A program made the translations under genes and the position numbers. The notes under the pieces were generated by a model. That model made no database searches. It was not told the DNA's origin and saw only the letters and a list, made by a program, of their open reading frames with translations. Below, piece by piece: positions 13,201 through 28,800 of a stretch of 64,000 nt of DNA. Position 1 is the first letter of the stretch. Every line of letters starts with the position of its first letter. The DNA is from Calcarisporiella thermophila CBS 279.70 (Eukaryota; Fungi; Calcarisporiellomycota), in assembly GCF_041956535.1 (NCBI RefSeq), contig NW_027192198.1:318714-382713 (forward strand), given 5' to 3'.

Positions 13201-13561
13201 GGAGAAGGGCAATAGAAATAAAGGTGGCAATAAACACAAACATATATAATAAAGATGAAAACCTAAATGGAAGTAGGGGGGTATGATGAACAAGCAACTA
13301 GAGTCATTGACAATAATAATTACGAATAAATAGCGAAAAAAAAACATACTAGCCGGTTAAATAGAATAAAATAAATGTCACATGGTTCTTTTACAAGCAA
13401 TCACGGGCGGATCTACACTAGAAGTATGCATGCTACATTACATCCGCCGTGTGGACGAAAAAAAAGTTAGAGATATGAATTGAAGAATAAGGAAGGGGAG
13501 GGGGGAGGGGGGAGGGGGGAGAGTGGAGGGGGAAACAGCCACATGCATATTAAATTCACGT

Positions 13562-16500
13562 TCATGCACGTTGGCCGACGTCTTCTGGTTCCTTCGGGAA
13601 AGCGTGGGGGTCCTTTTCCGAGAACTGATGCCGCCTTTGTTTCTTGCGATCGCGATACTCGATTTCTCGGACTATCTGCGTGTCGTTGATGCCCCATGCC
13701 CAGTTATACATAAAGGTGAAGAGGATCCGGGGGCCGAGGCACACCACCGCACAAAATAGCAGACCCAGCCAGAACCCGGGCAGCGTGTAGACTGCAAGCC
13801 CCACGCCGTAGATGGTGCTGGAGCCGAGCGCGCCATAGGCAAGGGTGAACACGAAAATGCTCAAGATACTAAGCACCAAGAAGAGGTCGGTGATCCAATT
13901 CCAGTAGCAGGTGTTGAAGCCGACGAACAACGTGACCACTAGGACGACCGCGTGCGCAGACGAGGTGGAGACCTCGACGTACCACATGTCCCGACCGGTG
14001 GCGCTTGCCACGTTGCCATAGTATATGAAGTAGAAGCTGAAGAAGCAGACGAGCGACTGGAAGACGGCGTCCAGGAAGAAGAGGTAGAACCGGACCCGGG
14101 TGTAGCGCTCGTGGCAGATGCCCACGGCGTAGACGCCGGGAAAGCGGAGGAGATATGGCTTAGTGATATCCTGGTCGGTGCAGCCGAGGACCACAGCGGG
14201 GGCCACCGTGAAAATCAAGTTGTAGAGCTGGATGAAGCTGTAGTCGTAGAAGATGTTGGCGGAGAAGCCGGAGAAGAACTGGAACCAGAGCGGCACAAAT
14301 ACCCACACCACGTTCTTGTAGAAGAAGTTCAAGATCATCTCCGAGGTGCGGATGTAATCCAGGTGCCCATGCACGATCAGCAGGTTCTTGAGGAATCGGA
14401 ACTGCGAGATGGTGTAATCGGCGGCCATGGACGCCTGTACGCCCTCCTGCCCGGATATGCCGACCCCGACATTCGCCGCCTGAATCATCGAGACGTCGTT
14501 GGCGCCATCGCCGATCGCCAGGGTCAGAGCGTGTTGCCCGCGCTTCACTAGGTCCACCACCTGGGCCTTTTGGAGCGGCGAGACCCGGCAGCAGATCACG
14601 CTGTGGCACGACACCGCCACTTCAAGGAGCTGGCTGCGCGCATCCTCATCCTCGAGGATGTGCTTCAATGCGCTGCCATCCACCACAAGCGCATTCTCCT
14701 TCTCGGTCCCGCCGCCCAGGGCTAAATCGGGTTTCTCTCTCCCCCGATCCTCGTCGAACGCCACACTCTCTCGGCACGCAATGTGGGCCTCTCCTCGGAT
14801 TCCACGGCAGACCTCGCGAAATCGCTCGAGCACCTGTTGGGTCTCGGCGCCCCTCACGGTCCACAGCTGCATGTCCCGGGTGACCAAGTTGCACGCAAAC
14901 CCGATGTTGATGGCGGTTTCGAGCTTGTCTCCTGTCAGCACCCACACCTTGGTGCCCGCCCGACGGAGCGTCTCAATGCAGTCGGGAACTCCCTCTTGCA
15001 GCTTGTCTTCGATTGCCGTCGCGCCGAGCAGTACCAGTTCGTGCTCGATCTCATCAGCAAGCGCCTCAATTTTCTCCTCTCGCCCGTCGATGGCGGCCGC
15101 TGCCTCATCGTAGCGGCGGGCCCACTCTTGGTAATAGGACGGGTCCACGGTGCGATAGGCGCATGCCAAAGTGCGAAGCCCCTCATTCGAGAACTCCTCC
15201 AGGTCGCTCAACATTTTCTTGATGGTGTCATCCTGTCCTTGCGCAACCCGCTCTAAGATTACATTGTCGGCGCCCTTACAGTAGAGCACAATGTCCTTCC
15301 ATGGGGCTGGGCGCCTTAATATCACGCTCATGCGTTTTCGGGTGGAGTTGAACTCTAGCAGATTCAGCTGCTCAAACTCGTACTCGGTTCCGTGGATATC
15401 CACCATAAAAGTGGTGTTCTTTCGACCCACAAACGTATAACCGACATTTCGCGCCGCTCCTACGAGCGCGGCCTCATCGGGCGATTCGGCCTGGTATATA
15501 AGTGGCACTCGAATCGTCGGGTCCTGAGGCTTCTCTTTGGTTTTTCCGCCTCCTATCCCCAGGGACGGTTTAAGGCTCAGCTTTGGGAATAGTTTTTTGG
15601 CTCGCTTTTTGCTTCTGCCATTATTATCGTTGTTCGCTTCCGATTCCTTCTCACTATCGGATCGATTGGATGGCGGATTGGGTCCGTTTCCATTCAGTCT
15701 ACTCTCCTCCTTTTCAGGTGTCAGTTGCGGGCTCTCGTCAGCTGGTTGCTGACGCTCCACCACCACCGTATGGCATGAAGCCAATAACAACAAAAACTCC
15801 CTCACAGCCGCGGCCTGCTTCCCTTCTTCGTCTCCATTCCCCTGCGCTCCTCGGTGCATATCCCGGAACATCTCAGGGTCCGCAAACGTCAGGCCTTCCA
15901 TCCAGGTGCTTGAGTACTTCGGCTCAAACGTTTTTCGCAACTCTTGCTCATAGTCTTTAAAAATTTCCTTTCTCCGCTCTTCAAACTCCCGCTCACTCTC
16001 TTGAGGTTGCGAACCGTTACCTTCTCCCCGTCGTAGCCGAGCCCCTCTTGCACCCTCGGTCTCCTTTGCAAAGCCATTGTTGCCATAAATTTTGCCGAGA
16101 ACACTACACTTTCTGAATTCCATGACATTTCGAGTCAGCGTCCCGGTTTTATCGCTGAAGATGTACTCAATTTGGCCGAGATCATCACTGAGATTCCACT
16201 AGAGAGAGGGAGGATAAAGTTCATTTGTATGAATATATGTTTATCACGTTTTCGCTGTGACAATCCAATTCCTTACCGATTTGGGGATGCAAGGTTTCTC
16301 CGCTTCGTCATCCCACATATCCAGATCATTGTAAATGAAGAATGCCTATGACAAAAATGTGGTCATTATACTAAACAAGGGGAAGCTACTAAAAATTTCA
16401 AGGGGTGGACTCACCTGAAAAAGTTTGACAAATTCAATCGAAATGTAGAGCGATATCGGCACAATGTTCTGGAAAATGATCAAGCTTGCGCTGATTGAAA

Positions 16501-17973
16501 TTCAAATAAGTTAGACCTCGGGCCAATGTTTCCTTGATCAACGCCGCGATACTCACAAGAAAGTGGTGAATCCAGCGAGCGGAGGCGCCTCATTATTTGC
16601 TTCAAACATGCTCAACTTCGGCGTTCCCTGCCAGCTCTTTAGGGTGAGGCCATATCCGATGGCTACAAGCGTACACAGGAGAGCGAGGACCACAAAATTC
16701 AAAATAACCTAAAAAGGAGTGTTTGCAACGTAGGTTATTAGTGGTACAAATTTAGAAAATAAAAGCTGCTGCATCCCACACACCTCAAAGTTCATCCGCT
16801 TCTCGATGTAACTGCGCTTGCTCGGAGTATCACCCGAATTCAGCATGATTTTGGTATCATTTCCGGTACAGACAACCACAGCAATCGCATATTCTGTATT
16901 CCGCATCACATGTCCACGCAACAACAAGTGCCGAGTATCTACGGGGATCGCATTTTTTTCATGAATGTCGGAACCTGCACGCTCCACCTCCAAAACTGCA
17001 CCGTGATATGAATAAAGGTTTGCATTCGGGGCCTCCGAATCAATGATCAGGGAGAGTTGCGCGCAGTCTTGCGGGGTTTGCAGTGAGAAATCCTTGACGG
17101 AGCGGCGTGACTTGAGATTGGTCTCGCCATCAAGATCTTTTGTCTCAACGTAGCATAAACCCTCCTCGTCACTAGTGGAAAGAAGTATTGCGTCGGCAGG
17201 AACCTGATCGTTCGCTCGAAGATAGAGGATATCACCAACACGAACGTCAGCCCACTCTGCTTTTACAAACTCTGCTTCAGCTTCCGCTGACTCTGCATTT
17301 TCCTCCAGCGCATAGTTGTAATTTGGCACATTACGCAGGATATGAGTTTGTGAGCTATTATAGCTATTATCCACCTGATGGCGCTTCCAATCCTCAATGC
17401 CATCTTTGAGCATGGTAATGGCGACCACTGTGCAAATCGGGAGCCTAATAAGTAGTTATTGGATTCATTAGAAATGAAGAATTCTTGCAAATCCCATTGG
17501 GAGATTCACGCATTTCCAGATATATATCACTCCGCTACTCACAGGGTAAATACCGGGCTATTTACTCCAAAGTAAGGCACCAGCTGAATTACTGCCATTC
17601 CAAGAAAAAATATATTGGCAGGTCGCCGGAATTGCTCGAAAAGGTTTTTGGGTACAAATGTCACAAGAGTGTATTTGGAGGTTCTAATTCTATTTGTAGT
17701 GTATTGTGTCTTGGGGTAGCCCTTAGAATCGCGAAATGAAGAGGGTAATGGAATGTTGACAAATATACGTCGAGTGTTCTTGCCAGCCTTGCGAATTGAG
17801 ATTTTGGATTGGGTCGATTGGCGTACGTGGGTGGAATGCGCAGATCCAGGGCGCGACTGGTGAATGGTGGAGCGATTAGACTCATGGGAGTTGGGTCTAT
17901 CACGGTCCCTTGGCTTGGGAGCTTCCATCGAAATTCTAGTTGAGGTGGGCCGCAAATGCGGCTGATCGGCCAT
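13562..17973 (-). CDS. P4-type phospholipid-translocating ATPase (Dnf1/Dnf2-like flippase), spliced
   Basis: [39 protein letters not shown] phosphorylation motif (~16130-16155), [33 protein letters not shown]. Confidence 0.96.
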
Positions 17974-18457
17974 TATACCCTCGATGTAATTTTAACTAAA
18001 TTTGAGCAAAGGAAGTAGCCTGGAAATACAGGCAGAGAAGAGGGGAAGAGGAAGGCTATACAAGAGAAGGAAGGAAGGAAATGGGGAGAAAGAATTGGAG
18101 GGAATTGAGCAAAGAAAAATGGCAAGCCCAATTTTTAGTAATTATGCCTATAATTTTTTTTTCGCGGAAAGTCCTGAGGCTTCTCCTAGAGGCTGGTTGG
18201 ATGCCAAACGAGGCGGAGGAAACATTGGAAAAGATGGAAAAAAAGGAATGTGGGACGCTGCATCATCCGAAAAAATTTGCAAAATTCTCGCAGCCCGAAA
18301 TATTTGAAATAATAATTTACCATCAAAACAACTCGCATAGCTTTTACAACAGCAACAGCATAAAGAACAAATGCCTTATCAAAAGGAATAGAAATAGGGT
18401 GGGATGGGTGGCCCTTTTCTCTCAAAGAAACGGCCTTTTGGGATTCGAAGCAGCTCG

Positions 18458-19530
18458 TCACGGATTTGACTCTAGGCTCTCCCACTTGCCCTTCTCTTGG
18501 TTTAACGTATAAACCTAATGGAATGGACCCAAGTTAGTCAAGATTAGGAGTGGGTTCAATTAGCGCCTGTTTTCCTCTCCGACTCGTCCCCCAAAATAAA
18601 CAAAGGCCACACGATAGTTACCGTCCGTGTTGGAGGGAATGTGGAATAGTTGAAATGCGTCACCCCCAGTACCTTGAACACCAATAAGCAAAAGTTATCC
18701 AACGCGATATCGTGAATTATCCGGCGTGCATCCTGGGGGCTATCGTCCGCGATGGCATCCAAGCTCAAGCACGCGTATGCCTGGTTCGCACGAGGCGTTT
18801 CCCCTGATGGAGGCCAAGTGTAGGTTGAGCGCATCTGGGGGTTGAGTCGGCGCCACTGCCTAAGTCGCAGCTCTTCCCAATAGGACGCTGCGTCAATCTC
18901 AGGGCGGATGCGTGGGGGCGGATAACGGGTAACTTGGATGGGAGCCGAGGCGATATAGAATCGGCCGCTGAGGTAGAAATGCTCTTTAGATTTGGGCATG
19001 TTCCTAGGAATCATTCTGTCAATTCATGCACTACTTAAGGACAAACGAGTCAAATATACCAGCATAATTCGGCCTTGGCGCATGCTTTTAAGTCCCCCAT
19101 GAGGGAATTGTTGTTGACGGCCAACTGAAATATCAGATATTGCGGGTCATCTTCCAAAAAGTCTAGAAACTGAATCGAATGCAGGGCGATCTAATAAATA
19201 CCAATGGAGTAGCAGTTAGAGTAAGGTCTAAAGAATAGGTATGCCGATGAATGCATGCATATATGTCCTTACATCTCCGCTACGCCTGATATTTGCCATT
19301 TGAACATACACTATTTTGACGTGAATGATTGATTATAGGTTAATGATATTCTCCCAATCTTGAATGTGTAGAGTGAAGCGAGCAAGCGTACCAGTTTCAT
19401 CATTATAGAGAAAATTCCTGAGAAAGGATCGTCGTAGCAGACCATGCCATGATTCTTCGGATTTCACCTCCTTGTTGTTTGATCCGTTCGATTCGCTCTT
19501 TGTCGATTTGTTTGATGAAAAAAGGGACAT
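18458..19530 (-). CDS. Pyridoxamine-5'-phosphate-oxidase-like (split-barrel, Alr4036/YGR017W-type) protein, divergent, spliced
   Basis: Spliced product contains AELCW..KEHFYLSG, WEELRLRQWRRLNPQMRSTYTWP, ALDNFCLLVF and a terminal GKWESLESNP-stop, matching the family layout. Confidence 0.72.
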
Positions 19531-19996
19531 GATGTATTTCAGTGAAGGAGAAGGAAACTAGGCGCTAGCAAAAGAAAGAATGATAGTAGCGTCGCGTATA
19601 ATTGATCAGAAAAACTTGGAAAGCAAAGGGAAAAGGAGATGTAAGAGAGAGAAGAAAACCAATGGTGAGCCGAGGGCTGGGAGTATTGTAGGGCTCAAGT
19701 TCGGCTGTTTTGGCCTTGAAATTTTCATTTTTATTTCTTCGGATTCTACTCCACAAAATGGGCTCTAGGTGTAACCAGAGAGAGATGTCGGATATCATCC
19801 AATGTCCAGGCCCATTCGCAGATCCAATGATTTCAAAGTCATTAAAATTAATGTGTGAAAATTTCAAGAAAAAGTTGAACCAAGCATCCGAAAATAAAAA
19901 GCATCTATACAAATCATGATTTAGGGGAGGGGGGTGGAGAGGAGGGGAGGAGGTGAAATAAACGGGAATGGGACAGTTATAAAAATGTGACATACA

Positions 19997-21654
19997 TCAA
20001 CTTGAAGAAATACATGGCTCAGCGCTGTTAGCGGAGGGCTGGTGAGAAGGAGGGAATGGACTGTCGCTTCCCGAATCGATCTCCATAGACACGTCTTCTT
20101 CTTCGCCTGCTTCCTCGTCGTCCATCTCACCCTCTTCCCGCCCTTTCTCGTCTGCATCAATCGGATCATCTTCTTGCGATTGATCAGCCTGATTGTAGGG
20201 TGTGGAGGGACAGTGGCTGGGTGTAAGCGGTTGCTTGGAGGCATCAGGACGATACTCCGGTGTTCCATCCCCCTATTAGATCGCAGATATCAATCAAATG
20301 AAGATAGGTTCCTAATGCCGTATGCATGACTAAAACACTTACCACGGTGTTCTGGCGATATCGGGGTAATAATAAATAGCTTTCGACAATGTCGGTCATG
20401 GCATCTAGTTTAACGAATATAGATAGACACCCCCGGATGAGATGCTGGGGCTGAGAAAGAGCAAAGTGCCACTGCAAATAGGCACATCCTCACCTTCCAC
20501 TGCGTTTAGGTCCAAATCAACCTTATCCCACCAGCGGGATCCCTTTGACCCCAATGGTGATGCTCCCCCATTGACTAGTCCTCCGTTTAGACCATCGCTT
20601 TCTCCACTTAAAATATCCAAATCAATATTCAGCAGTCTCGCGGCCAAGAGCAGCGCTGAACCGGCTATTGTCCATGGGCGATGCAGGACACACAAGGGGG
20701 TTCTTAAACTGAAATAAATGGAAAATAAATTGGGTGTAAGGTCTCCATATCATACTCCAGATAAGTTTCGGGAGATTTACAACCTGTCGTTAAGAAATCC
20801 CCATGCAACTTGCACTAACTCTGGAGACACTGAGTATGGGAGGTTTTGATTCAGCTTCGGCGCGAAATTAAACTGACCAAAAATGCGAGACTCACCCTTT
20901 AAATGTTTGCTCATTTTTAAGAGAAAAGGGTATGGATGCTCCAAAAATAGGTCAAAGCACAGAGCCTCCAACAATACTTCTTCGTTATATAGAATTACAT
21001 CGCGCCATCGAAGAAATTCCTGTGCGAATGGCTCTTGCGGTTAGTGTATCACTCGATTGTTGAATAGAATAACAGTCCAAACCTTGGAGTTTGAATCCAA
21101 TTTTAAACTGTCATTTTTCAATGCCTTTTGCGCACATGCAGTAACAATGTCTCTAAATCTTCGCCCCGTTTCTTCCACCTTTGTCGCTAAAAATACACAT
21201 GTGCCCCCAATATCCTTCATAAAAAGAAAGGATGAATAATGCCCAATAGGGATATGAGTAGAAGCAGTGACACGTACATAATAGTGGTAATCTCGTAGAG
21301 AATGACGCATATAAAACCGATGAAGGAAGAAAGTCGCGGTAGAAATGGTGATTTGTGGCCTGGGCGTACGTGAGAGAAAACGAAAAAAGATATCAATGGA
21401 TCTGTCACAGCTGATAATCAAGGAGAGGGAGCAAAAACCACAGAATAGGGCACTATGGGCCACAGTAGCACTTACAACTTGAGAACAGCGCTTACACTCG
21501 TGATGAAATTACATCCCTTAGCTCTTTCTTGTTTTTCGCGCTCCAGTGAATAACCATCCAGTGCAGAAGGCGTCTTGAGCAGATCTTCTCTGCGAAAATA
21601 CCACGGACATGAAGAACCGGAAGTACTGTCTTGTGAGAGATGTGAGGCAATCAT
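19997..21654 (-). CDS. Transcriptional cyclin (cyclin T/K, Pch1-like), spliced
   Basis: WYF..DLLKTPSALDG..ERAKGCNFI, PQITISTATFFLHRFYMR, VFLATKVEE, LLEALCFDL..EHPY, AWGFLND. Acidic C-terminus. Confidence 0.9.
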
Positions 21655-22783
21655 TATACCTGCTATATGAACAAGGATTATGCGAAAGAAGGGAGCGGGA
21701 AGACAGTATAATTAATGAGCGAGGTAACAATTCCTCACGCAGATATGTACTAGTGCTAAAATCAAGGAAAAGAATCACAAACTGATGATGTCACAAAACA
21801 GTCACATTTCATAGTCCCAACAGGAAGTCGGGCTAGAATAATATATACGCTTTAAAAACGAGAAATTGATTAGGACTTTAAGAATTGTCTTCCTATCAAA
21901 GCTAACCTATCATACAGTGGAATAAGTGCATGGCTAAGTAGGATACTTAGATGGATAGAGTCATTGAAAGGATTTCAGTGAGCTTGATGAGCCATAGTAC
22001 ATCTGAATCTATTGGATACATGCCCTTAAGAATCGGTAACCGAATTAACAAGTACCATGTATTTCAGCAAAGCCTCAATGGGACAACACGAAGGATGGTT
22101 TGATTGATAGAGGTCTAAGCCATTGATTTATCGCCTCGAAGTGGTTGACGTTGGACATAGATTTCTTGCTTAGATGATAGATTAATGCGAATGGGGGACG
22201 AGGCTGTTTGTTTATAGCTGATCCTCAAACCTAAAAGTTTAACCTTGCTTTCAGAAGCCATGTGTCCTTGGAGGGTCTAATGCGAATGGGATGGAATGCA
22301 TGAGTGCGATCATTCTGGTCCATGGGATATCTGTGTGGAGTGGGGAGCTTGGAAAGGGGCCGCGAGGGAGGCCATAAGGGTACGAGGCCGCAAGAGAGCT
22401 TGGAGAGGGCGGACAAGGGCGCGTAGCACAGAGAGGAAAAGGAAGGTGCAATATAATCAAACAGAATCGTCAAACCATGCGCGCTTCTGCGTGGAAAGGA
22501 GCCGTCAAGAATGGCTGCATATTCGACACAAACCAACAGGAAATGGAATCTAACCTCATGTCGAATACTTGGCCTGCCTCGCTCATTGGAGCGCGAACGG
22601 GGGACAATAGGCCAACTTCGACCAATTTGACAGGGTCAAACTGGAGCCCGGCCGGTAGCGTCGAACTCAGAAATTCCTGTTCTTTCTCGGTCACACATTG
22701 ATTAAAAAAGTTGAGCTCGCGAAAAGTCTCTGCTGTTCTTCTCTTCCGTTTCGCACGCGTCTTCATTTCCAAATTATCTCCCA

Positions 22784-25470
<2,687 letters not shown>

Positions 25471-25890
25471 ACGGCGGATGGTGTAGAGCACCAATGCTAA
25501 AATGCTATGTATAATGGAGACGGAAACCTCCCAATGCACAATGAATTCAGAGATCTCCTCAGACCATTTTGATAAGCTGTTATATTTTCTTCTCTATAAT
25601 TGAGATATCTCTTTCATTGTATTTTTTTTTTTACGGTAAAAGTATTCAAAAACACTATATGCATTCATATATACATATATGTATCAATCTAAATAAAGTG
25701 GCAGAGATTTATTTTCAGAAATGAAGAAAAAAATCAAAAGAAAATAAAAAGCAACGAAAAAAATAAAATAGAAAAAAAAAGTATATAGAAATTTTATGTA
25801 CGTTTTTTAACATGCTCAGGAAGCCTAGTCTATTCCAATTCTTTTCCTCATTCATTCAATCCTTCCATCCGCGTATAATCAAAGTTCCCT

Positions 25891-28800
25891 TTAACCCAGT
25901 AGTTGCCGCATCTCCGCAAACTTCACTAGCAGCGCAACCGTCTCTCTCGTCTCCCCGGCTTCCTCACTGAGCCCGCCCCCTTTCTCATCGGCCAGTGCAC
26001 TTAGACACCCCTGCACCCGATCGATGCCTCGTTTCAAATCACCAGCCACTTCGCTGCAAATCTCCTGCTTTGCCACGAGATCTGTGGCCGGAGATGCCAA
26101 TCGAATAGTCAGCTGAGTAATGATGAGCACCACCACCTCCCTAATAAGCTGAAGAGCATATCCCCGAACCTTGTCCCCCACTCTCTTCGACGGAGACTCT
26201 AGCACTTGCACCGCATGTGTCAAGCAGTCCAGGAGAGTTCCAATGGAGGTGCCCTCGGAAGGCACTGTCTTGGAGAAGGGATAGATGATAGCAGAGTCCA
26301 AGGGCCACTCAACATCCATTTTCGTCAGCACAGTTTCTGCTCCAGTGAGAAGGGTGAGGGTCGAAAGCATGGTACGGGTAATCTTGAGAAGGCGTTGAGA
26401 GGCCAGTTGAGCTAGCAACGGCACTTTATTGTTGCCCCCGTTCTTAGCAGAGGCACCGACCCCGTTGGATAAACTCGGGGGTGGAACGACCTGATCCCCT
26501 GCCGGAGTGTCCTTGGCATTCATCTCGCCGACATACTCCACCTCTTCCCCGGCCAACTCTCGTTCCTCGGGTTTTGTCGGAACAAGGACTCCGGCCAGTT
26601 CTCTCGGATGCCCAAAGAAATAGGTGTAGTGCATCAATAGGACTAAACACCGGTCAATGTAGGCTTGCAGGATATGACTGGCGCCCATCGCTTGGACTCG
26701 CTCCCGTTGGAATGACACGTAATGGAAGAGGGAAGATGCATACTCCACCTCCTCTAGTTGTCGAAGAGTAAGCACGTCGCCTGGAGCGTCGAAACATCGT
26801 CCAAACTGTGCTCCATACATTTTAATGAAGCTCACAACCACGCCCAGGAATTGTTCGCTCGTGCCGAGTCGGCGCACCAGGGTCGACACGATGGCAAGCA
26901 TTAGAATCCACAATCGATGGCGCAATTCGTGTTCATTTAGCCCGGCGGTGGTCATGCCACGGGGGAGGGTGCCATTGGTCTGGAGAGAGGGTGAGACCGC
27001 ACCTTCTTGCAGTAAAGGGGTGAGCGCGTTATTTGCAAACATTTCCATCACACCGTCGCTGGCTAAGCGCTCTGCTGCCGTCGGAATATCCGCCAGCGTC
27101 AACACCAGGTGAAGCAAGCTTTCCGCATATTTGAGAGCCTTGGGGGTGGCCTCATTCGTAAGTTCGGCAAAGAGCGCCAGGGTTGTGGGGACGATGTCAT
27201 ACTGATAGAGAACAGGAAGCCAACTGGACACATGGGGGTTACGCGCAGGCTGGACTGTTTCTTCAAGTAGAGAAATGACCACCGCTACGTCCAAAAGATG
27301 GCAAGCGGTCGCCTCGTCATTTGCAGAGAGTTCTCGTACCGGCTTGGAGAAGAGGATGCGAAGAATTGCACATAGTGCGGGTAGCAGAGCACGATAGCTC
27401 GAGCGAATGTTGCGGTCCGCCTCAACTTCAAGATCCGATTGTTTAAGCCCACGGAGACAAAGAAGTAGGCATTGAAGCAGAGGCCTATGGTATGGGACAT
27501 CTCCCCATATTCGCAACACCGAATCCTCCAACAGGAATCCTTTGTTTTCCAGTGCCCCCTGAAGTATCATCACAATCTCCGCGAACCGTGCTGCAAGCTC
27601 CTTCCGACTCTCCTGGGTGGCCACAGCCTCCGCACAGTATTTGGACCAACAGTCTAGCAGCGCGACCAGTAGGTTTCCTAGCTCCCACCGAATGGTTGCC
27701 ATCACTTCACCACGGCGCGTCTCATTCGCAAGCTCCATCGCGATACTCTTAATAAAGCGGAACAATAACTGCTCGGATCCAGTACTCATCCACAGGGCGG
27801 ACTCGAAGTTAAATGTAATGATCTCGATAAACATTTTATAAGAACGAAGAAGCACCAACTGCGCGTCAACGAGGGACCAATTATGGTTGGCAGCGCACAT
27901 CAATAACAGAAGGTTACGATTGTGATTATGTTCGCCGCTCTTAGTCTCCCCGGAGCCAGTCAGGAATGCAACTGGCACCCGGAGTTTTCGCCGTGCAAGC
28001 TCTAGATCGTAAGCGTAGCTATCTCCGTATTGGCGTTGGGCGTCATAGATATCGCTCCAGGTCAACATCTTCAGCTTCGGTAGCAGCGTAGCGGGCCAAA
28101 TCCGATTGAGTTCTTCTTTGAGGGACCGATGCAGGGATTCGTCGTAATCGGTGCGTGTGAAATGCTTGCGCCATTCCAGTAGCTTATTCGGAGCTGAGAG
28201 TTTCGTTAGTATGTCGCGAATTCGCGAGGGCAATGCTTCGAATCGAGATCTGGGCGTAGAAGCTTCATCGAGTGAACGGGTATTATGCACCTCCATTCCA
28301 ATAATCCGCAGTGCATGCGCCCGCGAAATGTAGTCGTTGCACAGATTCGAGACCGCTTCATCTGCGTCTGAAACCCACTCTACGACGTCTTCGGCGAAGA
28401 ACCTGGACGGGGTGGATGTGGTGATGGATTTTTCATGGAACAAAAATGCTGACAAAGCGTCCCAGAAACGTGTATTCCCCCGAAGCCGTGCAAGTAAATC
28501 TTGGTGATAGGCGGCATTCTGCCATAATACGTCGAAAAACTTTAGGGTACTTGCAAGTACGGCCGGACGTGAAGATAAGATTTTCTGCCAGTCAAGCAAG
28601 ACTTCTAGAGCCACCTGGACCACTGAATTTGCCTGTCCTCGATCCTGCTCCGCTGAAGATGGCTGGTTGCTCTCGTTGATACCCATGAGATCGCCAGTTA
28701 AAAATAGCACCGCCAGACCCGGCTGGTTTTGCACTGCTGTGGCGACAAAGTTCCATAGGGTTACATAGTCACGCTCAACCAAGTCTGAACGGCGAAGCAA

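Noticed and set aside
18431-18441. CGGCCTTTTGG resembling U2 snRNA stem I
   Set aside because: The branch-pairing GTGTAGTA and Sm site are absent, so this is a chance match.
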